Shown: positions 21,406 to 31,323 of the stretch, one piece after another | Position numbering within the stretch: position 1 is the stretch's first letter | Layout: each line of letters begins with the position of its first letter | NCBI GenBank assembly: GCA_963698025.1 | Contig: OY969112.1 | Coordinates: 1,684,455-1,748,454 of the forward strand | Length of the DNA stretch: 64,000 nt | Reading direction: 5' to 3' | Source: an uncultured Acidobacteriota bacterium | GTDB lineage: Bacteria > Acidobacteriota > Thermoanaerobaculia > Multivoradales > UBA5704 | Translations under genes and position numbers: made by a program | Notes under the pieces: generated by a model | Database searches by the model: none | Told to the model about the DNA's origin: nothing | Seen by the model: only the letters and a program-made list of their open reading frames with translations

Positions 21406-21610
21406 CCCTCATCACCCCGGCCCTCATCACCCCGGCCCTCATCTCCCGTCCCCTCCCGCCCTCCCTCACCGGGAGAAGAGGGAGCTGAAATCTTCCTCTC
21501 CCGGAACGGGGGAGGAACCAGATCGCCGCTCCATCCCCCACACCCCAAAGAATTTCTCCCTCTCCCGGTGAGGGAGGGCGGGAGGGGACGGGAGAGGGCC
21601 GGGGTGAGGG
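21406..21610. repeat. CCCTC/GAGGG palindromic repeat, copy 2 (with internal 15-bp tandem)
   Basis: CCCTCATCACCCCGG twice, ending GGGGTGAGGG; near-identical arms to 58282-58452. Confidence 0.8.
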
Positions 21611-21622
21611 CTCGCGGCACCC

Positions 21623-21687
21623 AAAAAAAGAAGGAGCGCGTTGCGCTCCTTTTTTGGGAGGGATGAGAGGAGGATTTGCCTCCCCGC
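21623..21687 (-). ncRNA. Candidate sRNA C (about 65 nt)
   Basis: Consensus-like sigma70 promoter; GCGGGGAGGCAAATCCTCCTCTCATCCCTCCC; AAGGAGCGC/GCGCTCCTT terminator plus T7; no ORF. Confidence 0.7.
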
Positions 21688-21694
21688 AAGAGGA

Positions 21695-21723
21695 ACAGTA
21701 GACCTCTCATAGCGAGTTGTCAA
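21695..21723 (-). promoter_or_regulatory. sigma70 promoter of sRNA C
   Basis: TTGACA-N17-TACTGT. Confidence 0.75.
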
Positions 21724-21741
21724 TATGAATCCTCTATTTTC

Positions 21742-22554
21742 TTAGCGGAAAGCGAGAGTCGCCAGGATCACCCCCGCCAGGATCACCCGGTAGACCACGA
21801 AGACCGTCAGGTCCCGCCGCCGCAGCCAGGCCAGCAGCCAGGCGATCACCCCGTAGCCGACCACCGCCGAGACCACCAGGCCGATCGCCATCGGCACGAG
21901 TTGGGCCGCTCCCGCGCCGGCGTCCATCAGGTCCTTGGCCGACTTCAGGGCGGCCAGCACGCTGATCGGGATGGCGAGCAGGAAGCTGAACCGGGCCGCC
22001 GACGGCCGCATGAAGCCGAGCAGCAGGGCGGCGGTGATGGTGATCCCGGAGCGCGAGGTGCCGGGGATCAGGGCCAGCGCCTGGGCGCAGCCGATCACCA
22101 CGCCGTCCATCATCGTGATCTGGTCCATGCCGCGGACCTTGCGGCCGATGCGGTCGGCCACGAAGAGGAGGATGGCGTAGACGAGAGTCGTGCCCGCGAT
22201 CACCTGCGGGGTGCGGAGGTGGGCCTCGATCCAGTGCTTGGCGAGCAGCCCGGCGATGCCGGCGGGGATGGTGCCGACGATGATCGCCCAGGCCACCGGG
22301 CGGGGGGCGAACTCGCCGTCGTGGGAGCGCGGGGCGCCGGTGAAGAAGCCGGTGATCAGGTCGCGCACGTCGCGGTGGAAGTAGGCGAGGACGGCCAGCA
22401 GGGTCCCGGTGTTGGTGGCGATGTCGAAGTCCAGCCCCTGGTCGGGCCAGTGGAGGAAGTAGGGCACCAGGATCAGGTGCCCCGAGGAGCTGACGGGCAG
22501 GAACTCGGTGAGCCCCTGGACGATGCCGAGGACGATGGCCTGGAATGCGGTCAC
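21742..22554 (-). CDS. uppP: Undecaprenyl-diphosphate phosphatase
   Basis: 'GIVQGLTEFLPVSSSGHL', 'PGTSRSG.TI'. Confidence 0.96.
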   Translation of the reverse strand: MTAFQAIVLGIVQGLTEFLPVSSSGHLILVPYFLHWPDQGLDFDIATNTGTLLAVLAYFHRDVRDLITGFFTGAPRSHDGEFAPRPVAWAIIVGTIPAGIAGLLAKHWIEAHLRTPQVIAGTTLVYAILLFVADRIGRKVRGMDQITMMDGVVIGCAQALALIPGTSRSGITITAALLLGFMRPSAARFSFLLAIPISVLAALKSAKDLMDAGAGAAQLVPMAIGLVVSAVVGYGVIAWLLAWLRRRDLTVFVVYRVILAGVILATLAFR

Positions 22555-22671
22555 GGAAGTCTCCTCTGGAAGATCGGATCGAAGCCCTCCCTGCGGGCCG
22601 CGTGGATTCTATGCCCAGACCTGCCGATCACCTGCTGCCTGATCTCACGGGGGTCCTCACAGGGCGCTGTT

Positions 22672-22699
22672 GTAGGGGCGCAGCATGCTGCGCCCCTAC
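22672..22699. repeat. GTAG-type REP, perfect 28-bp palindrome
   Basis: GTAGGGGCGCAGCATGCTGCGCCCCTAC. Confidence 0.75.
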
Positions 22700-22851
22700 C
22701 TGCCGATCGGGATCAGGATCGTCCACCCAGACGCCCGGCGGGGCTCGACCGTGTGACCTCCCCGACCGTATGACTCCGTGGGAACGGGCTTATACTCCCC
22801 GGCTGCAAGCGCCCCGGCTGCAAACGCCCCAGGAGGGCCCAGGAAACCCAC

Positions 22852-23997
22852 ATGGAAACGATCCTCGTCACCGGCGGAGCCGGTTTCATCGGCTGCAACT
22901 TCGTGAGGCTCGCCCTCGCGGAGACCAGCGCCCATATCGTCGTGCTCGACAAGCTCACCTACGCCGGCAGCCTGGAGAGCCTGGCGGACGTGCTGAACGA
23001 TCCCAACCTGGAGTTCGTCGAGGGGGACATCGCCGACCGCGCCACGGTGCGCCGGCTGTTCGCCGCGAAGCGCCCGACGGCGGTGGTCAACTTCGCCGCC
23101 GAGAGCCACGTCGACCGCTCGATCGACGACGCCAGCGCCTTCATCCAGACCAACATCGTGGGCGCCTTCGAGCTGCTCGAGGCCGCCCGCTGTTATCTTG
23201 CGGGCCGCCTCCCGGCGGCGGGCGAGGCCATGGATGAGGCCATGGATGAGGAGAAACGGAGCGCCTTCCGCTTCCTCCACGTCTCCACCGACGAGGTCTA
23301 CGGCAGCCTCGGCCCCACCGGGGCGTTCACCGAGACCACCCCGTACGCCCCCAACTCCCCCTACTCGGCCTCGAAGGCGGCGGCGGACCATCTGGTGCGG
23401 GCCTACCACGAGACCTACGGCCTGCCGGCCCTGCTCACCAACTGCTCGAACAACTACGGCCCCTACCAGTTCCCCGAGAAGCTGATCCCGCTGATGGTGC
23501 TCAACGCCATCGACGGCCGGCCGCTGCCGATCTACGGCGACGGCGGCAACGTCCGCGACTGGATCTACGTCGAGGACCACTGCCGGGGCGTGCTCGAGGT
23601 GCTGCGGCGGGGGCGGCCGGGGGAGCGCTACAACCTCGGAGGGCGGAGCGAGCGGACCAACCTGCAGATCGTCGACGCGATCTGCGCCCTCCTGGAGGAC
23701 GAGCTCCCGGCGGTCGCCAACCCCGCCCTCGCCGGCCGCGGCATCGCCGCCTACCGGGAGCTCAGGAAGTTCGTCGCCGACCGCCCCGGGCACGACCGCC
23801 GCTACGCCATCGACGACGCCAAGATCCAGGCCGAGCTCGGCTGGCAGCCCCGGCAGAGCTTCGAGGAGGGGCTGCGCGCCACCGTCCGCTGGTACCTCGG
23901 CCACCGCGCCTGGTGCGAGGCGGTGCAGTCGGGGCGCTACGGCCGCGAGCGGCTCGGCCTGGGGGCAAAAAGGGAAAGTGAGGTCAAAGCGGGATGA
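22852..23997 (+). CDS. rfbB: dTDP-glucose 4,6-dehydratase
   Basis: [41 protein letters not shown]. Confidence 0.97.
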   Translation: METILVTGGAGFIGCNFVRLALAETSAHIVVLDKLTYAGSLESLADVLNDPNLEFVEGDIADRATVRRLFAAKRPTAVVNFAAESHVDRSIDDASAFIQTNIVGAFELLEAARCYLAGRLPAAGEAMDEAMDEEKRSAFRFLHVSTDEVYGSLGPTGAFTETTPYAPNSPYSASKAAADHLVRAYHETYGLPALLTNCSNNYGPYQFPEKLIPLMVLNAIDGRPLPIYGDGGNVRDWIYVEDHCRGVLEVLRRGRPGERYNLGGRSERTNLQIVDAICALLEDELPAVANPALAGRGIAAYRELRKFVADRPGHDRRYAIDDAKIQAELGWQPRQSFEEGLRATVRWYLGHRAWCEAVQSGRYGRERLGLGAKRESEVKAG

Positions 23998-24557
23998 AAT
24001 TTCTTCCAACGGCGATTCCGGAGGTCGTGCTCGTCCAGCCGGACGTCTTCGGCGACGACCGCGGCTTCTTCCTGGAGACCTACCAGCAGCGCAAGTACGG
24101 CGCCGCCGGGCTCCCCGAGACGTTCGTCCAGGACAACCACTCCTACTCCGTGCGCGGCACCCTGCGCGGGCTCCACGCCCAGGTCCGCCGGCCGCAGGGG
24201 AAGCTGATCCGCGCCATCCTCGGCGAGATCTTCGACGTGGCGGTGGACATCCGGCCGGGCTCGCCGACCTTCGGCCACTGGGTGAGCGCGGTCCTCTCCG
24301 GGGAGAACCACCACCAGCTCTACGTGCCGCCCGGCTTCGCCCACGGCTTCTGCGTCACCTCCGAGGCGGCGCACGTCCAGTACAAGTGCACCGAGCTCTA
24401 CGAAAAGGACGACGAGATCGCCATCCTCTGGAACGACCCCCGGATCGGCGTCGCCTGGCCCACCGCGGAGCCGCTGCTCAGCCCGCGCGACGTGGCCGCC
24501 CTGCCACTGGCGGAAATTGTGCATAAGCTGACCGAACATGGGGAAAAGCATCTCTGA
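23994..24557 (+). CDS. rfbC: dTDP-4-dehydrorhamnose 3,5-epimerase
   Basis: 'DDRGFFLE', 'QDNHS.S..GTLRGLH', 'PPGFAHGF'. Confidence 0.96.
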   Translation: MKFLPTAIPEVVLVQPDVFGDDRGFFLETYQQRKYGAAGLPETFVQDNHSYSVRGTLRGLHAQVRRPQGKLIRAILGEIFDVAVDIRPGSPTFGHWVSAVLSGENHHQLYVPPGFAHGFCVTSEAAHVQYKCTELYEKDDEIAILWNDPRIGVAWPTAEPLLSPRDVAALPLAEIVHKLTEHGEKHL

Positions 24558-26172
24558 GAAATCGACAGGCCCTGGCGCCCGCTCCGCGCCCGCCGGGGTG
24601 ATCTCCGCCGACGCTCGGACGGGGGATCTGTTCTCGCCGCGCGACCTCCGGCAGATGGCCGCGATGGGACTGGCGCCGGAGGAGGCCGCCCGGCAGGTGG
24701 AGCTCTTCCGCAACCCGCCCCCCTATACCCGGGTGCTGCGACCCTGCCGCCCCGGCGACGGCATCCGCGCCATCGCGCCGGCCGATCACGACGAGCTCCT
24801 CGAGCATTTTGACGCGGCGGCCCGGCGTGGAAGGACGGCCAAGTTCGTCCCGGCCTCCGGCGCCGCCTCACGGATGTTCAAGGACCTGCTCGCCTTCCTC
24901 GCCGCCCCGGCCGGCGCCGAGCCCTCGGCTCCGGTCCGGACGTTCTTCGCGAACCTCCACCACTTCGCCTTCCGCGAGAAACTCGCGGCGGCCCTCAGCG
25001 CCATCGGGATCGACCTCGACGAGGCGGCGCGCAACGGCGACTGGCGCGTGGTCCTGAGCCAGCTCCTGGAGACGCCCGGCCTTGGCTACGCCGAGTGCCC
25101 CAAGGGGCTGCTCCTCTTCCATCGCTATCCACAAAGACCGCGGACCCCGTTCGAGGAGCACCTGGTGGAGGCGGCGGCGATCGAGTGCTCCGAGGACGGC
25201 CTCTGCCTCCTCCACTTCACCGTCTCGCCCCACCACCAGGAGGATTTCGAGCGCCTGCTCGACCGCGTGCGTCCGGAGCTCGAGGAGCGCTTCGATTGCC
25301 GCTTCGAGGTCTCCTTCTCCACCCAGCGGCAGGCGACCGACACCTTGGCCGTCGATCTCCAGAACCGGCCGTTCCGGCTGGAGAGCGGCGAGCTCCTGTT
25401 CCGCCCCGGCGGCCACGGCGCGCTGCTCGACAACCTCAACGACCTCGGCCGCGACGGCTGGGACATCGTCCTGCTGAAGAACATCGACAACGTCGTGCCC
25501 GACGCCCGCAAGCCGGTGGTCCACCTCTGGAAGCGGCTGCTGGGCGGCTGCCTGCTGGCGGTGCGGGAGGCGGCCTTCGGCCATCTCGACCGCCTGGAGG
25601 CGCTCGACGGCGTCAAGGGCAAGAAGGCGGAAGCGGTGCTGCGTGAGGCCGGGGAGTTCCTCGCCGCCGAGCTCTGCCGGCCGCTGCCGGAGGGGTTCGC
25701 GGCCGCCGACCTCCAGGAACGGAAGCGTTTCCTGATGGAGGCGCTCGACCGGCCGATCCGCGTCTGCGGCGTGGTGCGCAACCAGGGGGAGCCGGGCGGC
25801 GGCCCCTTCTGGGTGGAGTCCCCGTCGGGCGGCATCTCGCCGCAGATCGTCGAGACCTCGCAGATCGATCCCAAGGATCCCGAGCAGCAGACCGCCCTCA
25901 AGGCCTCGACCCACTTCAACCCGGTCGACATCTCCTGCGGCCTGCGCGACCGCCACGGCCGCCCCTACGACCTCCACCGCTACGTCGACCCCTCGACCGT
26001 CTTCATCGCCGAGAAGTCCCACGACGGGCGTCCGCTGAAGTCCCTGGAGCGCCCCGGCCTCTGGAACGGCGCCATGGCGGGTTGGAACACCGTGTTCGTG
26101 GAGGTGCCCGACGCCACCTTCGCGCCGGTGAAGACCGTGCTGGACCTGCTGCGGCCGGAGCACCAGGGGTAG
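24538..26172 (+). CDS. DUF4301-family protein (NDP-sugar pyrophosphorylase-like fold)
   Basis: '[14 protein letters not shown]', 'FRPGGHGAL', 'KNIDNVVP', 'GEPGGGPFW', 'THFNPVD', 'F.PVKTV.DLL'. Confidence 0.88.
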   Translation: MGKSISEKSTGPGARSAPAGVISADARTGDLFSPRDLRQMAAMGLAPEEAARQVELFRNPPPYTRVLRPCRPGDGIRAIAPADHDELLEHFDAAARRGRTAKFVPASGAASRMFKDLLAFLAAPAGAEPSAPVRTFFANLHHFAFREKLAAALSAIGIDLDEAARNGDWRVVLSQLLETPGLGYAECPKGLLLFHRYPQRPRTPFEEHLVEAAAIECSEDGLCLLHFTVSPHHQEDFERLLDRVRPELEERFDCRFEVSFSTQRQATDTLAVDLQNRPFRLESGELLFRPGGHGALLDNLNDLGRDGWDIVLLKNIDNVVPDARKPVVHLWKRLLGGCLLAVREAAFGHLDRLEALDGVKGKKAEAVLREAGEFLAAELCRPLPEGFAAADLQERKRFLMEALDRPIRVCGVVRNQGEPGGGPFWVESPSGGISPQIVETSQIDPKDPEQQTALKASTHFNPVDISCGLRDRHGRPYDLHRYVDPSTVFIAEKSHDGRPLKSLERPGLWNGAMAGWNTVFVEVPDATFAPVKTVLDLLRPEHQG

Positions 26173-26174
26173 GG

Positions 26175-26396
26175 TCAGGTGCTCGATCCAGGAGGCTTCG
26201 GCAGCTCCTTGGCCTTCTGGAGGAGCGTCGAGGCATCCCAGTCCGGCAGCAGATCTCGACGTTCCTCGGTATAGTTGCCTGAGCCGGGGTCATACTGGCG
26301 CAGGAACCGGACCGCGTTGACCCAGCCGAGGGCTTCAACGAGGGCACGAAATCCACGATTCCTCAGCTCACTCTGGTTGGTGATCAATGCTTCCAT
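26175..26396 (-). CDS. Small putative antitoxin
   Basis: 'GF.AL...LG...A.RFL.QY..G.GNYT.ER' family pattern; overlaps the PIN gene. Confidence 0.75.
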   Translation of the reverse strand: MEALITNQSELRNRGFRALVEALGWVNAVRFLRQYDPGSGNYTEERRDLLPDWDASTLLQKAKELPKPPGSST

Positions 26397-26833
26397 TGAG
26401 AGATCTCCTCGATCAAGTGAACGGGATCGGTCACGCGCACGCGAAGCTCGCCGGACATCCGCGCCGCAAGACTGAGAAACTGACGGTCTGCGGTGAGAAA
26501 GACGTCCACACCGGACAGCTCTGCGGACGCGAGATGAAAGGCATCGAAGCTCTTGAAACCTTTTGCGATGAGCTCATCAATGCGAACGGATAGACCGCTC
26601 TCATGGGACGAGATTGCCACTGCCTCAGAGAGCCAGAGAGCGACCGCCTCGCGGCGGGCTTGGTTCGGATTCAGGCTATTTTCAAGGACGAGAGCCTCGC
26701 TTTGGATCAGCTCGACGATGTCCGGCGGAAGAGCGAGGATACTGAGGACAGCCTCGGTCTGAAGCCGGATGAGAGGTTGCTCCTGAAGGTCGAAGGGCCT
26801 CTTGAGGCAGCAGAGATCGAGGTAGACGCGCAC
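26384..26833 (-). CDS. PIN-domain toxin
   Basis: 'RVYLD.CCL.RPFD', 'DAFHLA.AE....VFLT.D'. Confidence 0.85.
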   Translation of the reverse strand: MRVYLDLCCLKRPFDLQEQPLIRLQTEAVLSILALPPDIVELIQSEALVLENSLNPNQARREAVALWLSEAVAISSHESGLSVRIDELIAKGFKSFDAFHLASAELSGVDVFLTADRQFLSLAARMSGELRVRVTDPVHLIEEISQWKH

Positions 26834-26880
26834 GGCGAGAGTTTACCGAAAGCTCGCGGCAGCAACAACAGCTCAAATTC

Positions 26881-27180
26881 TCAAGCCGCGAAACCCGCCG
26901 CTCTCGAACAGGACGCCGCCCCACCCCCTCCACCGCCCCCTTGGATCGTGCTGGTCGCGTCCGCCGGATCGCTCCCCCCGTCCTCCTCGTCGCCGTCGAG
27001 GATGCCGTCCTCGTCGCGGTCGATGCCGACGCGTCTCCCGATTCCGGAGGGGTGCAAGTGTAGGTCAGCCCCCCGCCGTTCTGCGAGGCGCGCAGCCGCA
27101 GGCCGGCATCGGAGAGCGGCGCGTCGCACCGCCGGTTGCCGAGGAACCGGCTCGAGGCGACGTCATAGAGATAGGCCGGA
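26881..27180 (-). pseudogene. Frameshifted C-terminal remnant of a large secreted protein (beta-propeller/cytochrome-associated type)
   Basis: One frame reads YLYD...LTYTCTPPESG and the adjacent frame continues RRVGIDRDEDGILDGDE; no N-terminus. Confidence 0.55.
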
Positions 27181-27283
27181 CACCTTGATCTGATCGGCGA
27201 CGTTCGGCGTGAACGTATTCTGGAGCGCTGCGGGGTGTGGTACCTCCCTTGCAGTCTCCGGCCGGAAAGGACAGGAGGTTCCG

Positions 27284-28411
27284 ATGCGAGGCCGAGACCG
27301 GCGTTTTTCCCTCTTCCTGTTTTCGTTGGCCCTCGCCGTGGGAGCGAGCGCACAGGACCTTTCATCTTTTTCTGGTGAGGCCCCCTCCGGCAAGGCCGGT
27401 TGCGTGGCCGGTCCCACGGCGCTCTGTCTCAACGGCGGGCGTTTCCGGGTCGAGATCACCTGGAAGGACTTCGACGGCAGGACCGGCGACGGTCACGCCA
27501 CCGCCCTGACGGACGACACGGGAACGTTCTGGTTCTTCGATCCCGCCAACTTCGAGGTCATGGCCAAAGTCCTCGACGGCCGGGCGGTGAACGGCCACTG
27601 GTGGTTCTTCTTCGGCGCCTTGTCCAACGTCGAATACAGGATCACTCTCACCGACACGTCGACCGGCGCGCGCAAGATCTATCGCAATCCGGCGGGACGT
27701 TTCGCCAGTCAGGGGGATACGGAAGCCTTTCCGGCCGCGGCGGAGAGCTTCCGCGTCCTGGTCTTCACCAAGACCGCCGCTTTCCGCCACGATTCGATCC
27801 CTGACGGCGTCGCCCTGGTGCAGGCCCTGGGAGCCGCCAACGGCTTCGGCGTCGACGTCGGCGAGGACGCCGCGGTCTTCACCCCCCAGGGCCTCGGCGC
27901 CTACCGGGCGGTGATCTTCCTCAACACGTCCGGCGAGGTTTTGAACGCTGCCCAGCAGGCGGCCTTCGAAGCCTACATCCGTGGGGGAGGCGGCTGGGTG
28001 GGCGTCCACGCGGCGGCCGACACCGAGCATGCCTGGCCCTTCTATGGCGAGATCCTCGGGAGAGGGGCCTGGTTCGTGAGCCATCCGCCCATCCAGACCG
28101 CCACGCTCCTGCGCGAGAACGGGACTCATCCTTCCACCCGGCACTACCCGGCGCGATTCACCTTTACCGACGAGTGGTACAACTTCAGCTCCAACCCCCG
28201 TGGCGCGGTCGACGTGCTCCTCGCGATCGACGAGGCCAGCTACAGCCCCGGCAGCGGCGCCATGGGCGACCATCCCATCGCCTGGTGCCACACGATCGGC
28301 CGCGGCCGGGCCTGGTACACCGCTCTCGGCCACCGCTCCGAGACCTACGCCGACGCGTCCTTCGCCCAGCATCTCCTGGGGGGCATTCTGTGGGCTGCCG
28401 GGAAGTCTTAG
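27284..28411 (+). CDS. ThuA-domain secreted protein with an N-terminal Trp/Phe-rich accessory domain
   Basis: AGGAGG RBS; 'LCLNGGRFRV...FWFF...N.E...KVLDG..VNG.WW' domain; 'VLVFTKTAAFRHDSI', 'DEWYNF', 'WYTALGH'. Confidence 0.9.
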   Translation: MRGRDRRFSLFLFSLALAVGASAQDLSSFSGEAPSGKAGCVAGPTALCLNGGRFRVEITWKDFDGRTGDGHATALTDDTGTFWFFDPANFEVMAKVLDGRAVNGHWWFFFGALSNVEYRITLTDTSTGARKIYRNPAGRFASQGDTEAFPAAAESFRVLVFTKTAAFRHDSIPDGVALVQALGAANGFGVDVGEDAAVFTPQGLGAYRAVIFLNTSGEVLNAAQQAAFEAYIRGGGGWVGVHAAADTEHAWPFYGEILGRGAWFVSHPPIQTATLLRENGTHPSTRHYPARFTFTDEWYNFSSNPRGAVDVLLAIDEASYSPGSGAMGDHPIAWCHTIGRGRAWYTALGHRSETYADASFAQHLLGGILWAAGKS

Positions 28412-28416
28412 CGATC
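28309..28416 (+). repeat. Direct repeat copy A (3' end of the ThuA gene)
   Basis: Matches 31211-31317; the last 57 bp are identical. Confidence 0.9.
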
Positions 28417-28461
28417 TCGATCAAAGCGTTCAACCACTTCGCAGGTAGAGACGAACCCAAA
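28416..28461 (-). pseudogene. Diverged 46-bp internal fragment of the VOC gene
   Basis: CTCGATCAAAGCGTTCAACCACTTCGCAGGTAGAGACGAACCCAAA versus 31573-31617. Confidence 0.8.
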
Positions 28462-28464
28462 CAC

Positions 28465-29514
28465 CTACTCGGAATAGTGGTGCGTATCGCAACGCCCCTC
28501 CTCGTTCACGTCCTGGCGCTCATACACCGGCGCCAGGAAAGCCGTTTCGAAATCCGGACCTGTCACCGGTACCTGGAGAAACACCTGCCAGTAGGTGGCC
28601 TTGGCTCGGTCCAGACGGGTGCCGGGGAGATCCGGCGGGATATCGAAGGAAAACGGCATCTCCCGCAGAGCGTCCCCTCCCCCGTCGATCTCGCGGATCT
28701 GTTGATAGATCACGAACGGCTCCAGTGTCGCCGACTCCCCGCCGCCGACGTCCTCGATGCAACGCAGGGTCGCCTTCACCGGCCCTCTCGGCCGCAGGGC
28801 GGGGCGGATCAGAAAAACCCCTTCGAGGCGATCGCCGAGAAAGGCGGGAAAGGTCGTCCAGCGCATCCGCGGCCGTCCGTGGCGAATGGCCTGCCAAGCC
28901 TTGCGGAGAGCGTCCAGGAGGAAGAGTAGCCCGACGAGGTCGAAGAAGAGGACGAGCCCGCGGAGGATCCACGGGCTCGGCGCAAGGAAGGCCAGGTTGA
29001 ACAGTCCCAGCACGCCGAGAAAGGCGATCAGTCCGAGGAGAAAGCCGCCGCTGTTCCCCGCGTAGTCCGGACCCTGGCCTTCCGGCCGCCAGGGGTGATC
29101 CGACTCCCAGGGGCGTTTGGGATTCCCACGGCGGTCTCGGCCGTCCTTCCGTATCGAGTTGAGCTCGATCTGAAGCATCCTCAGGGCGAGGAGAGCGAAG
29201 ACGGTGCCGAAGCCCATCATGACCAGGAAGAACCTCGGCTCGCCGTTCCCCCGCAGCCCCTCCTTGTAGGGACCCCATGTGCTGGCCGCCCCGAACAGGA
29301 AGATCCCAACCCCCACCGCGATGAAAAACAGGAGCATGCAGCCGCCGCCCCGTGGATTCCGCATCATGCGCAGCAACCCCCGGCCGAAGGCGAACCCCTC
29401 GCCAGGGACGCTCAACGCCGCGCGCGGCGGCGCATAGAGCCGTGAACGCTCTCGGGACTCCTGTACGGAGGCGGTGGAGGGTCCGGGGAATCCGATGTCC
29501 ATGGATGGTACCAC
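28465..29514 (-). CDS. Hypothetical membrane protein (4 TMs plus C-terminal beta domain)
   Basis: GGAGG upstream; hydrophobic segments; start uncertain (29514 or 29502). Confidence 0.72.
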   Translation of the reverse strand: MVPSMDIGFPGPSTASVQESRERSRLYAPPRAALSVPGEGFAFGRGLLRMMRNPRGGGCMLLFFIAVGVGIFLFGAASTWGPYKEGLRGNGEPRFFLVMMGFGTVFALLALRMLQIELNSIRKDGRDRRGNPKRPWESDHPWRPEGQGPDYAGNSGGFLLGLIAFLGVLGLFNLAFLAPSPWILRGLVLFFDLVGLLFLLDALRKAWQAIRHGRPRMRWTTFPAFLGDRLEGVFLIRPALRPRGPVKATLRCIEDVGGGESATLEPFVIYQQIREIDGGGDALREMPFSFDIPPDLPGTRLDRAKATYWQVFLQVPVTGPDFETAFLAPVYERQDVNEEGRCDTHHYSE

Positions 29515-29588
29515 CTCCGGTGGGAGACGCGCGATGCCGCTTTTCCCTGGCTGGCCTCTCCCTGCCTCTCGCGCAACCAGGATTACCT

Positions 29589-30986
29589 TTATGGGGACCT
29601 GTACTCAATAGAGAACCGAATGCGAGCGGCTGCCGCATTAGTTTCCGTGTAGAGAATCGAGAGGAGGTCTCCATCGCTAAAGGTCACGCTGTCCACCATG
29701 TCAGAGCAGGTGGTGGCCGTACCGGAGACTGTACAGGTCAGGGCTGTATTGCTTCCGTTCTTGCGGATCACAACAGTCACTGAACCTCCCGTGCCCGGTG
29801 CCGCGGTTAAATTTACCACGAGTTTTCGCGCGCTGCCGGACGGTAGTGGAACGTTGACATTACTCTCAGTCCCACTGGTGGTCACACCCCAGGGCATTAA
29901 GAAGTTGTTGGTGCCAGTGTTAGGATAATTCCCGCCGATTGCGGAGCCGCTAGTGCCGTTCGCGCCTGGAGTCCCCTGTGCACCTTGCGGTCCTTGAGGA
30001 CCGGTGAGCCCTGTATCTCCTTTCAATGCGACGGCTTCCCAACTTTCAGGCGAGATGTCTGGCTCGCTTCCCGAATTGCCGCTTATCAGGCTAACGTAGC
30101 TTGTTCCGTTGAAGCTTACGGTGTCTCCGGCTCCGTACACCACACTGTTAGACCATGAGCCTTTCCATATGAAGCCGACGATTGGGACAACCATAGTTTG
30201 GCCACTGCCGCCGTTATAAAGATCTGCACGTTCCTGCGAAGTGAGGACCTTAGACCAGATGCCCAACTCGTCGATCTTGAAATCGAGGTTGATAAGGCTA
30301 TTATCAACTTCAAGACCCACCCCTATGTTGCCATTCGAAGCTGTAGCAGTGCCACTTTCGGTCGCGGTGCAGTCCTGTGAGTTATTTACATAGGCCACAA
30401 GTTGACTACCGGTACCAGCGTAGGTGACGACAATGTAGTACCACGCTCCAGGAGTAAGAACTGTCGTGCCCGAGCAATCCGCTAGCGCGAGGATGCCACG
30501 CTTTATGAGCAGGTATCTGAGTTTACCATCGGACTCCTGCCGAAGGGAAACTCCAAACTGGCCCGCTCCTCCTTGTTGGACCGATAAGTAGGACTGTTCC
30601 GAAACAGGTATAGAGGGAATGTTGTACCAGAAACCAAAAGACCATGAGTTCGCGTCGGTCCACGTAGGCAGGCCGTTGAGCTGCGCCCCGTTTGTGGCAG
30701 CAGTCAAGGCCATGCCACTGCCGACCTTCCCGGAACTCAGGTTCCAAGTGGGACTACCCGTTAAGGTCGCGCTACGGCCATGAACGCTCACATCATCGGA
30801 GTCGGCGTCTTCCCGAGCGTAGTACTCAAGGTTAGTGAGGAGTGTACCGTCATTGTCGACCTGAAAGGCATAGGTGGCGGCCCCGAGGCGGGCAATTCCC
30901 AAGAGGAGCATCAGTGGAAAAACAAACCAACAGATGCGAGCGGCGCTTAAGGGGCGTGTGACGATCCAAACCGGGCGTAAGGTCAT
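29589..30986 (-). CDS. Secreted LamG-like jellyroll protein with CBM5/12-like and short collagen segments
   Basis: GGGAGG RBS; 'WYYIVVTY...YVN', 'IDELGIWSKVLT.QE..LY'; 'WKGSW....Y..GD.V.FNG.SY'; Gly-X-Y run; visibly lower GC. Confidence 0.85.
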   Translation of the reverse strand: MTLRPVWIVTRPLSAARICWFVFPLMLLLGIARLGAATYAFQVDNDGTLLTNLEYYAREDADSDDVSVHGRSATLTGSPTWNLSSGKVGSGMALTAATNGAQLNGLPTWTDANSWSFGFWYNIPSIPVSEQSYLSVQQGGAGQFGVSLRQESDGKLRYLLIKRGILALADCSGTTVLTPGAWYYIVVTYAGTGSQLVAYVNNSQDCTATESGTATASNGNIGVGLEVDNSLINLDFKIDELGIWSKVLTSQERADLYNGGSGQTMVVPIVGFIWKGSWSNSVVYGAGDTVSFNGTSYVSLISGNSGSEPDISPESWEAVALKGDTGLTGPQGPQGAQGTPGANGTSGSAIGGNYPNTGTNNFLMPWGVTTSGTESNVNVPLPSGSARKLVVNLTAAPGTGGSVTVVIRKNGSNTALTCTVSGTATTCSDMVDSVTFSDGDLLSILYTETNAAAARIRFSIEYRSP

Positions 30987-31210
30987 GCGGACCTCCCTTC
31001 ATTACAGAAAATCATAACACGAGGAAAAGGATCTGGTGGCTCACGACTTGGCGGCGTCCGTCGAAACGGCGGGGAGCGGTCGATAGACTAAGTGCGACAT
31101 ACGCACTAATCTCACGAATGTCCCGCGGGAGGAAGTTAGAGATTACACGTAGCAGCCGGTAGAGAGCAGGAGCCAAGCCAGAGAAGCGCCTGGCACCTCT
31201 TGCCTAGCCA

Positions 31211-31317
31211 GGCCTGGTCCACCGCCCTGGGTCACCGCTCCGAGACCTACGCGGACGCTTCTTCGCCCAGCATCTCCTGGGGGGCATTCTGTGGGCTGCC
31301 GGGAAGTCTTAGCGATC
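31211..31317 (+). repeat. Direct repeat copy B (ThuA 3'-end fragment)
   Basis: Same as 28309-28416 but with mostly synonymous changes and a 1-bp deletion. Confidence 0.9.
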
Positions 31318-31323
31318 GTCGAA

